Source: Lama guanicoe (Eukaryota). Taken from it: a DNA stretch of 64,000 bases. The position numbers and the translations under genes are program-made. Below are positions 25,101 to 37,158 of the stretch, in pieces. The notes under the pieces were generated by a model. That model ran no database searches and had not been told where the DNA came from. It saw only the letters and a program-made list of their open reading frames with translations. Each line of letters opens with the position of its first letter. Position 1 is the first letter of the stretch. Where the stretch lies: positions 14,001,798 through 14,065,797 of the forward strand of contig MU054662.1 of the NCBI GenBank assembly GCA_013239625.1, written 5' to 3'.

Positions 25101-25820
25101 AGTGATTTAGTTTCCCAGCAGGAAGATGGGTGCGTTAGGGCTTTTTCACCAAAGATGCAAAAGGCCAGCTGCCTCCAGCTAGGGCACCCTGAAACTACAA
25201 GACAGCTGCCCCCGATGCCCACATGATCGCTCTGACTACAGCACAGGCGGGAGGCATTCCGCTTAGACCGCAAGGAGGCGGAAACTTGCTGAAGTCACTG
25301 GCAGTCTCCAAGATGAGGAGGCCACCGGGAGAGGTGCCTGTGGCTTCCTGCCCTCACTTCTTGCTTCTCTGAGCCACAGCCCAGTCCGGCCCTTCCCCTG
25401 GAACAGCAGTGCCCGTGGACGGTGCTTCCGGGCACGACCGAGGCAGCATTTCCCCCTGCCCCACACCTGCCCCCAAGGCCTGCAGTCCCCCACCAGGCCC
25501 GCTGCGGGCGGTGCCCTCGGCTGTATCCGCCCAACTTTGAGGGCCTGGGCGAGAAGGGCGCCAGGTAGGCCTCGCAGAAGGGACTGGCCGCGCACGGCAC
25601 AGCTACTTCTACCCCGGGTCCCCTCCACGGACCCGCAGTGGTCTGGGCTCCTTCCAGCCCCAGGTCTGTGAGTACCCGTCCCTGGCGGAGTGGCCGCCCT
25701 CCTCCTTCACTGTAATTGCTCATGCTTCCCAAGAGCCGGCCAAGGCGCAGGCGCGGGGGTCCACAGGCAGCGTTCAGCTCATCCTCACCGCAGCCCCTCC
25801 ACGCAGCCATGACCACCCCG

Positions 25821-25915
25821 GACTTTAACAGGCTAAAACTGAAGTCCAGAGAGGTTCAGCAACTTGCTAAAGGCCACACAGCTGAAAGAGGCAGGATTCA
25901 AACCCAGACCTGTCC
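25821..25915 (-). mobile_element. MIR
   Basis: aaactgaagtccagagaggttcagcaacttgctaaaggccacacagct...ggattcaaacccag. Confidence 0.8.
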
Positions 25916-26839
25916 CAGGGCAGAATCCTCTCGGGTGCTATTACGCCCCTACGCCTACAACCGACTGCCTCGAGTCCTCTAGGTCTGCCTGTCCCCCGCT
26001 CACACAGAACCAAGCCTATTTGCTTTTGAAGAAGTAGAACAATTAGTCACTTTCCTCCTTACAAACAATTCTGGAAGCTTTTTTTTCACTATGGTGATAG
26101 CCTCACCACCTGGCACTTACGAGGCACTTAATATAAAGTCCTCTTTTTAAGGCTGGGAATAAAGAACATAATTCTCTCTTGTCTGAAAAGGGCACATCAT
26201 ATATCTGAAGAGACCATCCAAAAATTAACATATGTTTGACTCCATATAAAAGATACCAGGACGTGGACATATTAAATATTAACATCAAGTTCTACGAAGC
26301 CAGTGGTTGCAAACGTCTCATTCGCAAGCAAATTCACGTGTGGATCCTACCGAAGCTCATCAGAATCACCACCGGTGGCTCCATCTGCGGAACAGAACCG
26401 GCCTGAGACGGGCGCGAGGGGTCAGAGAGCTCAGGAGACTGGGTGGATGCTACAAGGAGAGGAAACAGACTGAAGCCTTTCAGGGAGAAGCTGGGAGAGG
26501 ACTTGGGGGAGTGGACGGAAGGCAGAGTGAAAAGGGAAGAAGCCACTCTCCTTCTGAGCAGGGGAGCCCCACAAACGAGGGGCAGGAGCTTCCGGAAGTG
26601 AATCTGGGTAACTGGGGCAGGAGTGAGCTGGAGGCAGATACAGACCCGGCAGCCCTGGGGCGAGGGGGCCGCTGGGGAAGAGGAAAGAGGGCGGATGGTG
26701 ACGCGCAGGGGCAGGAGGGCTTGGTGACTGATGGCCCCGTGCAAATAGCAGAGGTCATTTCTGCACCCCAGGGGACAACGGGCTTCTTAATGTCATATTT
26801 CATCCCGAGCCTTGTCTTCCAAGAAGGTGTAGTTACACC

Positions 26840-26942
26840 TTTTTGAAAGATAAGGAAACCGAGGCTCAGAGCAGTTAGGTCGTTTATTCAAGGTCACACA
26901 GCTAGTTGGTGACACAGCCGAAATTCAAACCCAGGTTTTTCT
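26840..26942 (-). mobile_element. MIR
   Basis: agataaggaaaccgaggctcagag...caaggtcacacagctagt...attcaaacccagg. Confidence 0.85.
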
Positions 26943-28299
26943 ATTTTTCAAAGTGAATGCCTCCCTAAAAGGACATGATGAACACTGAGCCCTGCCGTTT
27001 TCACCCACGTGCCGGGCCCTCTGCTACCGGCCTGTGTATCCGGTGTTTATCATCTCAGCCAGCCAGTGCGGTAGGCACCGTCATCCCACGGTCCTCAGAG
27101 AGTTTAAGCGACTTCCCCAGCGTTGCAGGGGTCCAGGCCTGCCGTCACCACCGCGGCTGCACCACGGGGCTACATGCATGGCCTCCTGCAGCCAAGCGTG
27201 TGCTCAGCAGGCGTCCCTAAGCCCCGAGTGTCCTGACAGGTTCGGGGGGCACAGCCCCTAAGCGCTCCCGGGAGGACACACACGCTGCCCTCGGTGAGCT
27301 AACGGCAGGGCAGAGTCAGCCTCTACCAGCCTCTGCCGGACCAGACCCGGCGCCGGGCGCCGCGGGCACATCAGGGCGTGTTGTCGGATTCCCGCCTCCT
27401 TCCCCAGACGAAGACGCAGGCCAGCCCTAGAAGACCGGGCTCCTCCTCCAAGGCTGGTTAAGGGGCAGGGGAGCCCAGGTCTTCCTGACGCCAGACTTCA
27501 TGCTCTTCTCTACTCACCGTCAGTTATATCTGGGTTTTAAAACATCCCACGTCTTCAGTCAAACTAGTCCCTCACACACGCACACGCCCTGCACCTTTAA
27601 CTAAGCTCAGGCTTAACCACCATCAATGTGTATCAAGAAATATCTTAGTTTTTAAAATGCATGTGCCTAATAAAGTCTTTCTTAAAGAAGCATGTGAACG
27701 TGTATTTTCACCGATCAATTCTTCTAGGTCTATCACATGATTAAAATAGGTCTATTTTGTTTTTAAAAAAAAGATAGAGAAATAAACGTATAAATACATA
27801 TTTAATCAGTAGACGGCCCAACTCTGGGACGAGACATCACGGCCCACTGAGTCTGTTTAAACACCTTAAAAAATACAAATACAATAAAAATGCTTCAATG
27901 CATATTGACGAGGGGGCGTGTCTCCTTCTCTGAGATAAATAATATGCAATTTTATGCCTTCTATCAATCCTTTTTTCTCTTCCTCTAAAGCAAACAAAAT
28001 CATCAAAACTGTATTTAAATAGCAATGAGGTAGGGAAAGAAACCATCCGAAACCAGGCAGGGGTGCGGGGAGGCGGCCTGGCGCACGCCCACCTCCGCCT
28101 GCGCGTCTCCCTCTGGGCCAGGGGCAGACGCCAGGCTGGGGTGAGGGCTTCTCGGAGCCGGATGGGAAACGGGGACGCCTGCCTCTCTGCCTCCTGGGGG
28201 CACGATCTTCAGTAAGACGCACAAGGACTCCCTCTGGTCTACACGTTCAAAGTGTCTACACAAAGGACCACGCTGACGAAGAGGCTGCCTTCTGGTGCT

Positions 28300-28460
28300 T
28301 CATCCATCCATCCATCCATCCATGGGGTAAACATTCACTGTGTGCCCACTATGGGCCAGGCAAATGCCTGCCACGTGTGCTGCACAGGAGAAGTAACGTA
28401 AAGCACGATAAAAGGCTTCTCACCACGAGAACTCGCCGAGCAGTACAGGGGACAAACATT
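28300..28460 (-). mobile_element. L2 3' end with (CATC)n tail
   Basis: catccatccatccatccatcc...aaacattcactgtgtgcccactatgggccaggca. Confidence 0.65.
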
Positions 28461-29499
28461 AAGCCGTTAACCGTGTGCTTACCCCTGTGATCAGCGACGG
28501 CAGGAAAATACAGGTTGACAGGACAGCACAAGATAAGGGAGCACACCTGGTGCAGGAGGGGTGGAGACCGGGGGAAGACGGCCGACAGGGGCCTCCAGGC
28601 TGGCCGGGGTGGGCGCTGCCCGCGAGCAGAGAGCCGCCCAGGCTGCTCGGGCACAGAGCACGCAGAAGCCCCGGGCGGGGACTCGACCTGCCAGGCGCCG
28701 GTGGCTCCGGCGTTTCCTGTTCACCCCTTGGCTCTGAAGTCAGCACAGTAAACAGCCTTAAGGTGCTGGACGGGGGCACTGGAGCCTGACTGAAGGGCAA
28801 GGAAGGATACAGGTTCGTGTACGTAACCCTGGGTCTTCTTCCCGTAAAGATAAAAAGATGATAAAATACCACAGATTAAAATCTGACTATCGTTTTAGCT
28901 CTAAATACTCCTCCGGGGTCGACCTGGCTCCCTGGGAGCAAGTCAGAGACTCTGGAAGGCACGTTGACTCCTCTGAGCCACAAAGGAGCAGGGGTTTGTA
29001 AGCGACGGCTCACGCCTTGGGAAGAGTAACCCTCTGAAGGCCAGGGGCTCACAACGGGGACCCACCTCTGGTCTCAGGCCCCAAACTTCCAGCATGTTCA
29101 CAAGGTATCTCGGCCACGCACACGGGAGTTTGAACGATGAAACACCATTTCTGACACACCCGCTGCGTGTCAGTTCCCCGCGAGGCGGCTGATGAGCGTG
29201 GATCACTCCCTCGCATCTCACGGCCGCTCGAGGAGGGTGCCAGCCCCGCAGAGTGGGCGGGGGAGGCTGCACGCAGAGCTGACTCCATAGACTGAATGCC
29301 CTCCCCGCCCTGTGCACTTACATGGCGCCGTCATCAAGACGTACCACGTGGCTGCCAGCATCACACTTGTTCTCTTCACTGAAAACCTCTGATCAGAGTA
29401 ACACGTTACGTGCATGTTGTTCAAGTTACCAGCACTGAAAGCTCGAGACTGGAAGCAGCGTTCCAAACGCCATCCTCAGGGACAGCCTCTTCCACCTCT

Positions 29500-31770
29500 T
29501 TCAGCTGTACTGTCCGCTAGCTGCTTATTTCTTTTTAAAAACGTGCGTATTCTGATCTCTTGATTTAACAGTTCTTAAAACTATCCACTGACCTCCTTCT
29601 ACAGCAGAGGAGGACTTAGCCCTGATCACCCCCACCCCCTACACGTCTCCCGGTTCCGTCAACCCCCGAGAAATGTCACAGTTTTCAACTACGTCCACTT
29701 TTTGCATCAACACTGTTAGGATTATTCAGCCATCATCTTTCTTGTGTAACTTTTTGGTTTTCCCAGAAATAATATTTGCCTTTTTGTTTCATTTGCTTAA
29801 TTTTCTGTGGCCCTACCATTAAATCTCCCCAAAGAATAGTAAACTTCCCCTCCTTGGAGTCAAATAAATCCAGTCCTCTGCAGGCATCGTGCTTTAAAAG
29901 TATCCCCTCTGGGACCTGACGGTCCTCGGCTGCGTCCGGGACCCACACCGCCCGGCCCCCGGCTGCGGCCTGGGACTTCCCTTTGCGGAGGGCACACAGG
30001 ACCCCACCTTTCTCTCTGCTTTTCTGGATCTAGGTTCCTCCCCCCTTGGTGCTCCCCCTGCTTTAATACAACCTACCTCTTAAGTAGCCTGTGGAGAAAG
30101 CACACGCAGGTGGTCATTTGGGGGGACTTGCGTATTTGAAAATGGCTTTATTCTAATCTCAATTTATACACAGTTCATTCAGCTGCAAGTAGAATTCTAG
30201 GTTTAAAATTAATATCCTACCCAAATTTTGAAGCCACTTTTCTTTTTCTGAGGCTTAAGCGTTACTGCTGAAAAGTCTGTCGAATGTCAATTTGTACTTT
30301 TTTGTACGTGAAATGGCTCTGTTCTATCCTGGTAAACATCTGGGGGGTTCTTTCTCCACAGCTGCCCGAAACTTGGCAAAGATGTTCCCTAATGCAAATC
30401 TCTCGTCTTTCATTGTGTCAGACACTCAGTGTACGTTTTCAATATAGAAAATTCATGTTCTCCAATGCTGGGATTTAAAAAATATTTTTTGTAATATGTC
30501 TTTGAAATTTGTCTGTCCTCTGTATTATTCATTCTTCGTGGAATTCCTTTTAAATGGATGTTAATCTTCTGGATTAGTTCTTCAGTTTTCTTATATTTTC
30601 CACTCTCTTAATCAAGATGTCCTTGATTTTAATTTCTAATTCCCCTGCTGATTTTTTAAAAAAATTCTACTACAAATTATTAATTTCTCACTGTCTTCCT
30701 GTGGCCTGATTTGGGGGGGTGGGGAGCAATTAGGTTTATTTATTTACTTTTCAGCGGAGGTGCTGGGGATTGAACCCAGGACCTTGTCCATGTGAAGCAC
30801 GCGCTCTGCCCGAGCTGTACCTCCCGCCCCACGGTGGCCTGATTTTTCACAGCGTCCTGGTCTTGTTCCGCGTTCACAGCATCTTCTCACATCTCCCTGA
30901 GGACATCAGTCCAAGCTTCTGAAGTTTCTTTTTGTCTCCATTTCCTCAGAGTCTTTTTATTCTGCTCATTTGCTTCCATCTGTGTCTTTCAGGTGGGAAA
31001 GCCTCCCCGTCTGGTGACCTCTGGACTTCCTTCCATATTTTAGAGCAAAGCAATAGAAGCCCACCTTCATCTCCGTGTTTCTCAGGGGAGTCTGTCTACT
31101 GGTGGACCCTTTAAAGGCTAAGACAGTGACTGGCCATGGGCCCATCTCCCTGGTGTCAGAGATGTAGGTCTTTTTGTCTTGACACAGTCAGGTTTCTCTG
31201 GAGGAGTCCTCCATTCTCCGGCCAGACAGGAAAACCCTGGCTTTCACACCCTGAAGACTGGGGGGTCTCACCACTGAGCATGAGACCCTCAGCCTCTCTG
31301 CTTGGGGTGGGTCCTCACTCTTCTGGGGCTGAGCCCACAGCCTCTCTTCTTCAACCCCTTCAGCAAAATAAACTTCCCACTCGTGCAAAAGTAAGGGAAA
31401 CAGAGCCCGGGGGCAGGACGTGTCTAATACAGCCAGCCCCTCCCCAGCCCTGCCTCCCGCGGTACTGGCACCTGTCCTTGCTGGGCCACCCTGGGGCACC
31501 CGTCCCCGCTGGGCCGCCATGGGGCACCTGTCCTCACTGGGCCGCCCTGGCTCAGAGTACAAGCCTGCCCGGCCAGCCCAGCTTCACTCTCTGCAGACCC
31601 ACAAGGCCCAGTGACCTTCACAATCAGCTGCTACTCATTTTACTCTTTTTCCAAGAAAAACCTCATCTCCCAGCCACTTTTATTTTCTCTTCCAATTTTT
31701 TTTTTTTTTGTCCTTGGGGTTTATACCTTTTTAACTCTTTCCTCCATTTCTGTGGGATTTGAGAAGGTGC
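29500..31770 (-). mobile_element. Ancient L1 (L1M-type) 5'/ORF1 region, decayed
   Basis: T-rich segment with L1M ORF1 antisense motifs (tatttgaaaatggctttattct, tagaattctaggtt, ttactgctgaaaagtctg). Boundaries are approximate. Confidence 0.65.
30713..30833 (-). mobile_element. Camelid tRNA-derived SINE (Vic-1-like), copy B, inserted into the old L1
   Basis: aattaggtttatttattt...ggaggtgctggggattgaacccaggacc...gagctgtacc (B box GGTTCAATCC on the minus strand). Perfect 12-bp TSD gtggcctgattt at 30701-30712 and 30834-30845. Confidence 0.92.
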
Positions 31771-34700
31771 GAGCGGCCAAAATGGAGGTCAGTCCTCCGG
31801 GACTAACGCACACCAGTCCCTGCCCTCAGTGCTGAGAAGCAGAGGGGATGACACAGAAATTCCCAAAGACCCGGGGCCTCGGGCTGTTTCCACACCACGC
31901 CAACACCCCACACAAGCTGGAGTCACCGGAACGGGAGGGGCCGCTGCTGGCTTCGCCCGTAGCGCGGTAACAGAGAGGGGGTTACACAGCCCCACCTCCC
32001 GGGTGGAGAGCAGGGAGGACTGCGCTGAAAATGTGTCCCAAGAGACCGAAAGGCACGGAAGACGCCAGGACCAGAAGCCACATCTCCGGTGTAGCCCTCC
32101 CGTCAGCCACCCCGACGACGAACGCCCCGTTCAGCTATTATCACTGTTCTTGTTACGAATCACATGGGCCTCAGCATGGGTCACACACAGCCCAGGAACT
32201 GGCTGATCTGCGCAAGACCATACACCCAACCTGCCGCCACCACGGAGGCCTCCCCGGAGCACGCCTGCCCGGATGCTGGCTCATCACCAGAGAAAGTGGC
32301 ACCCGACTGTCACCCATTGTGCGTTTTTTCGAGCAGGAGCTGAGAAATTCTAGCCAGCGGGGAGGGGAGTCATCACCCCCAGGCGGGGCGGGACGGGGCA
32401 TGCGGAGTGCAAGGACCGCTCCCACCAGGCCAGGCGCAGGAGGCCACGCGGCCACGTCTCCTCCCCAGACCCGGTCCCCCTTGGTCTCCGCCCCTTCCCC
32501 TCCCCTCCTGTTTCCTGTCCCCTCCCTCCCTGCCCTGATCTCCGGATGAAAAGGCTACTCTTCTCCCCCTGACATCTTGCTGGGCTGTGAATACACGTCT
32601 GTTGATTTGCATTTGGAGGAAGAATGAGAGAAAGGGGGTGAAGAAAAGAGAAACACAGAGTCACACATCCCCCGACTCCATGGCTACCAGGGGGCCATGC
32701 TCAGGCCAGGGCGGAGGATTTTAACTGTGCCTTTCTCCCCCAAGCCCGCCAGCCTCTCCATCACCAGCTGCTGCCCCAGCTCCACGCAGCCCCAGGCCCA
32801 CGTGCTCCAAGACGCCCGGCACAGAGACCCCATCTCAGTCTCCGCCCCTCCTCCACGGATGAGCTGACACTGACCCTTTGTGTGAGGCTCAAGACCCGAG
32901 GAAGTGTTCTTGCAGGACAGGCGCTTGGGAGAGGCCAGCAGGCTTCTTAGCAAAGGCTGCCCCAGAGGCCGCGTGACAGTGACTCCAGGGTCATGCCTGG
33001 CGCTCTTGACAATTTTAAAGTCCAAGTAATTATAAGCACACAGCTAGGAACCACACACCTAGGTGACGCTGCAGGATCTGACAGTTTCCAGCCGTGAGAT
33101 GCTTACTTCCACATTCGCCTCTTTCCAGAGACAAGAGGCAGGCACGGGGAAGGCACCTGCCCCCTCCGGGGTCACGCCCGGCGTCCGTCGACGGCCGCAC
33201 AGAGATGCAGGCAGACTCTGCAGGGGGCTGGGAGCTTGTGCTCAGCGAGGCATCATTTCCGCTCAACGCGTGTCCTTCTGCGTGGAAAATTAAGTCAGCC
33301 TCTCTTCGTGGGCCATGTCGGCCTATTTTCAAGTAATGCTTACTGAGGTTTAATTGGCCCATCGCACAGGACAGGATGCTGGGTCCGAACGGAAGACTGA
33401 CTCCCTGCAGACAGGCCGTGGCCCTGATGTCCTGCACCTATTCCTGGGGAAGGGGGAGCAGACCAAGGAACACCTGGGAAAACCCCGGAAAGTGGGAAGC
33501 AGGCGCACACACGCCCGGTCGTGACTGTGCTGCCGCCAGGAACTCGCCAGGCCCGGCCACCCTGCGCGTTTCACGAACAGCACACTTAGCGTCAGCCAGA
33601 GGTATTGGGGCCATTTGCGTGAAATCAGTGGGCACAGTGTTTTAAATAGTCCCTGCTTTGGCTCAGTCCACATGCAGGCCTTTCAAATTGGAAACACTGG
33701 ACTGAGCAGTAATGACAGGGGGAAAAACAAACTCCAGCCCCACCTATTTGGCCTGGAAATTGTGGATCGCTCGAGACTGAAATGAGTCTGATTTCGCTCC
33801 TCAGCGGAAGGCTGGCTGATGACACAGCAGAGCCGCAGCACTGAGGGGAAGACGCCCTCCTGCAAAATTAGGTTCTTCAAGCTGCGCTGGGTGCCTGTGT
33901 TCGACACCCTCGCTTCTGCTTTCAGTATTTCCTTGAAGGATGGAGGAGCCTCCGAGGCCTCGGGACTTCAGCTGAACTAGAGCCTCTCGGTCAGGACGCA
34001 CACCAGAAGGCGCCCCTGCGCAGGGGGCCGTGCTGTGAGCCGGGTCCCTGCCAGGCAGGCCCTGAACACCACTCTCTCTAGCTCACTAGGCTTTCCCTTT
34101 GCTGAGGGGCATGCTGGGTACCCCTGGAATGAACGATTCTCCCCCAAATCTTTGCCACGCCTGGAAGGCGGAGCTGCTGAAAGCAGAGGCCAGCGTCCAA
34201 GAAGGTGCCACGAGGACGTCGCCGGGGGGCCTGGGGCAGGTCTCCAGGGCACTACGCCTCTTCTGTTGTCTTTTCCGTGAATTGAGTGGGCCCCTCATCA
34301 CTTCTGCCACCAATGAAGGTTTTGGACTCTCCAGGAAAACTGGGCCTATGGCCACGGCCGCTCCAGAGCAAGAAGGGTGATCAAGCCAACGAATCTCCAC
34401 GCCCTCGGCCTCCTTCCAGGGTGCCTCTCCGCTGCCTGACATGAACATTTCCAGGGCCTCCTCGAAGGCGTGCGTCTTACCAAGGATGTGCAGCTGGAGA
34501 AAACGACTTCGTGAATTTATGTCAAAACACCGAACGGAGTCAGGGGTTGGTTATGCACGCGTAACCTGGCCCTGCACGGGGCGCCCCCGCCCCCAGGAGG
34601 CTGCTCAGGACTCAGCGGCCGCTTGTGAACTAGCTGACCGACGGTGGCCGTGTGTCCCTTCAGGCCCCCCCCCACCTTCCCAGCTCAGCGCTCGAAGCAT

Positions 34701-35900
34701 CCGAAGCCCTCACAAGGCTATTCCCACTCACCACTCGACACTGTTTTCAGGTAGAACGCGGCGAGCAGAGCCTTTTGCCAGGAACCGCCAGGGCCGGTGT
34801 TCCGAGCCGAGGGACACGGGGTCCAGCTGGGCCGAAGGGCACCCCCAGCCTGGTCTCAGAGACACGACTTCCCGGCCACGACCTCAGAGCATCAGGACCG
34901 TGAGACGCCGGCACTCGGCTCTGACTGCCAAGAGGAAACTTTTCTTCCCTGGGCACCTTCATTAAAGGACTGAGGACCCAACCATGGCCCGCAGAAGGTG
35001 GCTCAGGAGCCAGACCTGCAGCGTCCCACATCTTTCCTGCAGAGTGTGTTCTAGGTCTGCAAGCTGTCAGCCTGCAGCCCCGAGCTGACCCTCAGACCGC
35101 TTTGTGTGTCCCAGGGAGGGCAGCTGCTGTCATGACCCCAGCCCTGCGACCGCCCAGCTGCCCGCTGCCCATCTAGTCCCACCTCAGGTGACCCTGCAGA
35201 TCTGGGTGGGCCTCCGGGCCCACAATCCAGGTGGAGGCCACTCCCCACCCTCCCTGTGCCAATGCCCTCCGTTGGGCCTGCAGCTCCTTGTCAGATGCCC
35301 CCTGAGCTGCCATGCTGACGAGCAGCTGTCTTCCCTTCTTTATGTCTTAATTTGCATCTCTCAGCCTCAGCCTCCTCCCTACCTGCCTCTCCGACCCGGT
35401 TCTGTCCCAGCGTGTCCCCCATGGTGTGCCCTCAGGGACTTTATACCTGGCTCCACATTGTCTGGTTTTCCTCATTGTCCTGTTCTAGTCATTAAAAAGT
35501 CAGAAATATGGAAACTTACATTTAACACAGTCACAGACAACTTCCGTTGCAGTCAAGTGACATTACACTTACAATACACATGCATTCAAAGCCGGGTCAC
35601 TTCGTGGACGACCAACTGTTTCTTTTTCCAAGCCCTCGAATAAGGAGGTGGTGGACCCTACGCTGGGCACGCGGCATGCGGTGGACAGCAGTCGGCACCG
35701 CAGAGGTAGCAGGTCCTCAGGCAAACGTCCAGACAGACCTGGAATCCAGTCTGGCCCCAGGCGGGGCCGGGCCTCTCCCATCTCCAGCTTCCTCATCCGT
35801 CACGTGGAGGTAGGGATGCGACCGCCCTCCACATTGTTGTGGGAAACCCGGTGTCATGGAAAAATGTGTCACAGCTCAGTTGTGACAGCAACCTGCATCC

Positions 35901-36404
35901 CGTCGAGAGACAAAGCGGCACTCGGAGAGATGGAGAACTCAGGTGTATTACACCAGCAGGCACAGAGGAGCTAACACTCCAAGCTCTGGACCGCGTCTGT
36001 AGGCTTACACAGGCCTTTATAGGCTGCCAGTTTTATACTTTGCAACATCATATGCAAATAAAGTACAACAGAAGTTGACCAACCAGGAACAAACTTTGTA
36101 GAAATGAACTGATCAGGAGTGAGAGAAATAGCCAATCAGGAGTGAGCTCCATGCAAATGAAGTACTACAAATGGGCCAATCAGAAGTCAAGGAAGTGGAC
36201 CAATCAGGAATGAGAGTAATAATCAACCAGGAGTGAAGGAAATAACCAATCAGAAGGGAGCTCAGGGAACCAATAGAATTTTAGGTGTAAGTTAGCCATT
36301 TCAGAGGCAAAAAGTGAGATAGAGCCTCTGGGCCGGGGAACCAGACGGTGCTGGCAGGAGACCCCGGGGGTCCTGCCGGTCTTTTTATGGGGCTTCCCGC
36401 CTCA
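35901..36404 (-). mobile_element. Solo ERV LTR with U3 CCAAT/octamer array
   Basis: The minus strand starts TGAGGCGGGAAG, followed by tandem CCAAT units, TATAAA (36021-36016), a degenerate polyA signal AATACA (~35949-35944) and the end ...TCTCTCGAC(G). About 500 bp; no TSD found. Confidence 0.7.
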
Positions 36405-36809
36405 CCGGCAGGTAGGAAACGCCCAACCAGGGTGAGCTGTAACAGTCCCTGCGGTCGGCATTCATGGGCCCGCTCCCCGCGCGGGACCCTGTGCTGGGCA
36501 CCTGGCGCACAGTGGACAGCATCGCCAGTCGGGCCCGCAGCCGCCCAAGTTTAAAACCTGAGCGAGACAGACTTCTGTTAAATGACCACACCCATCGTTC
36601 TCAGTGACAACTGCAATGACTGTCTTGAGGTGGGGACGTTGTATGAGCCCCACCGACCTCACAGAGCTGACTCGAAGGGCATATAAAGGCCTGTAAAGTC
36701 TGTGTAAACCTACAGACGGGGTCCAGAGTTACCATCTGGGTAAGCGGTCAGCACAGCACCCGGCCCCCGTAGGGAGTCAGGACTGGGCCACCAGGGTGAC
36801 CATTTGGGG

Positions 36810-36932
36810 CGTGGAATTGCAATTGCCTGGGAGACATCCAAGTGGAGACGTCACTTAAGATGCTGAATACACAAATCTGCAGCTCTGGGGGGCTTCTGAC
36901 TGGGGACTGGGGACACGTGCGTGCAGGGTCAT
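36810..36932 (-). mobile_element. L2 fragment
   Basis: gcctgggagacatccaagtggagacgtc...gctgaatacacaaatctgcagctctggg. Confidence 0.6.
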
Positions 36933-37040
36933 TGGGGGGCCAGCTTCCTCCTCTCCGGGCTTCTTCCGGTTCCAGTCAGAGAAACTTCTGCCTCCTGGGA
37001 AAAGTACTAGAGAAGTCGTCGTCTTTTGTTTCACGTTTTG

Positions 37041-37158
37041 CGGGTTGGTAATTCCGTTTATTTATTTTTTTAAGTGGAGGCACTGGGGACTGAACCCAAG
37101 ACTCCGTGCATGCTAAGCACACGCTCTACCCCTGCTACCCCTGAGCTACCCTTCCCCC
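37041..37158 (-). mobile_element. Camelid tRNA-derived SINE (Vic-1-like), copy C
   Basis: ggtaattccgtttatttatttttttaagtggaggcactggggactgaacccaag...tgcatgctaagcacacgctctacc, with an internal 9-bp duplication ctacccctg. Confidence 0.88.

Noticed and set aside
30755-30830. tRNA-like A/B box sequence
   Set aside because: It has a SINE tail, TSDs and three paralogous copies in the window, so it is a SINE and not a tRNA gene.
36050-36280. Regularly recurring CCAATCAG units resembling a CRISPR-like array
   Set aside because: Eukaryotic context, short irregular repeats and self-similar spacers. It is explained as LTR U3 enhancer repeats.
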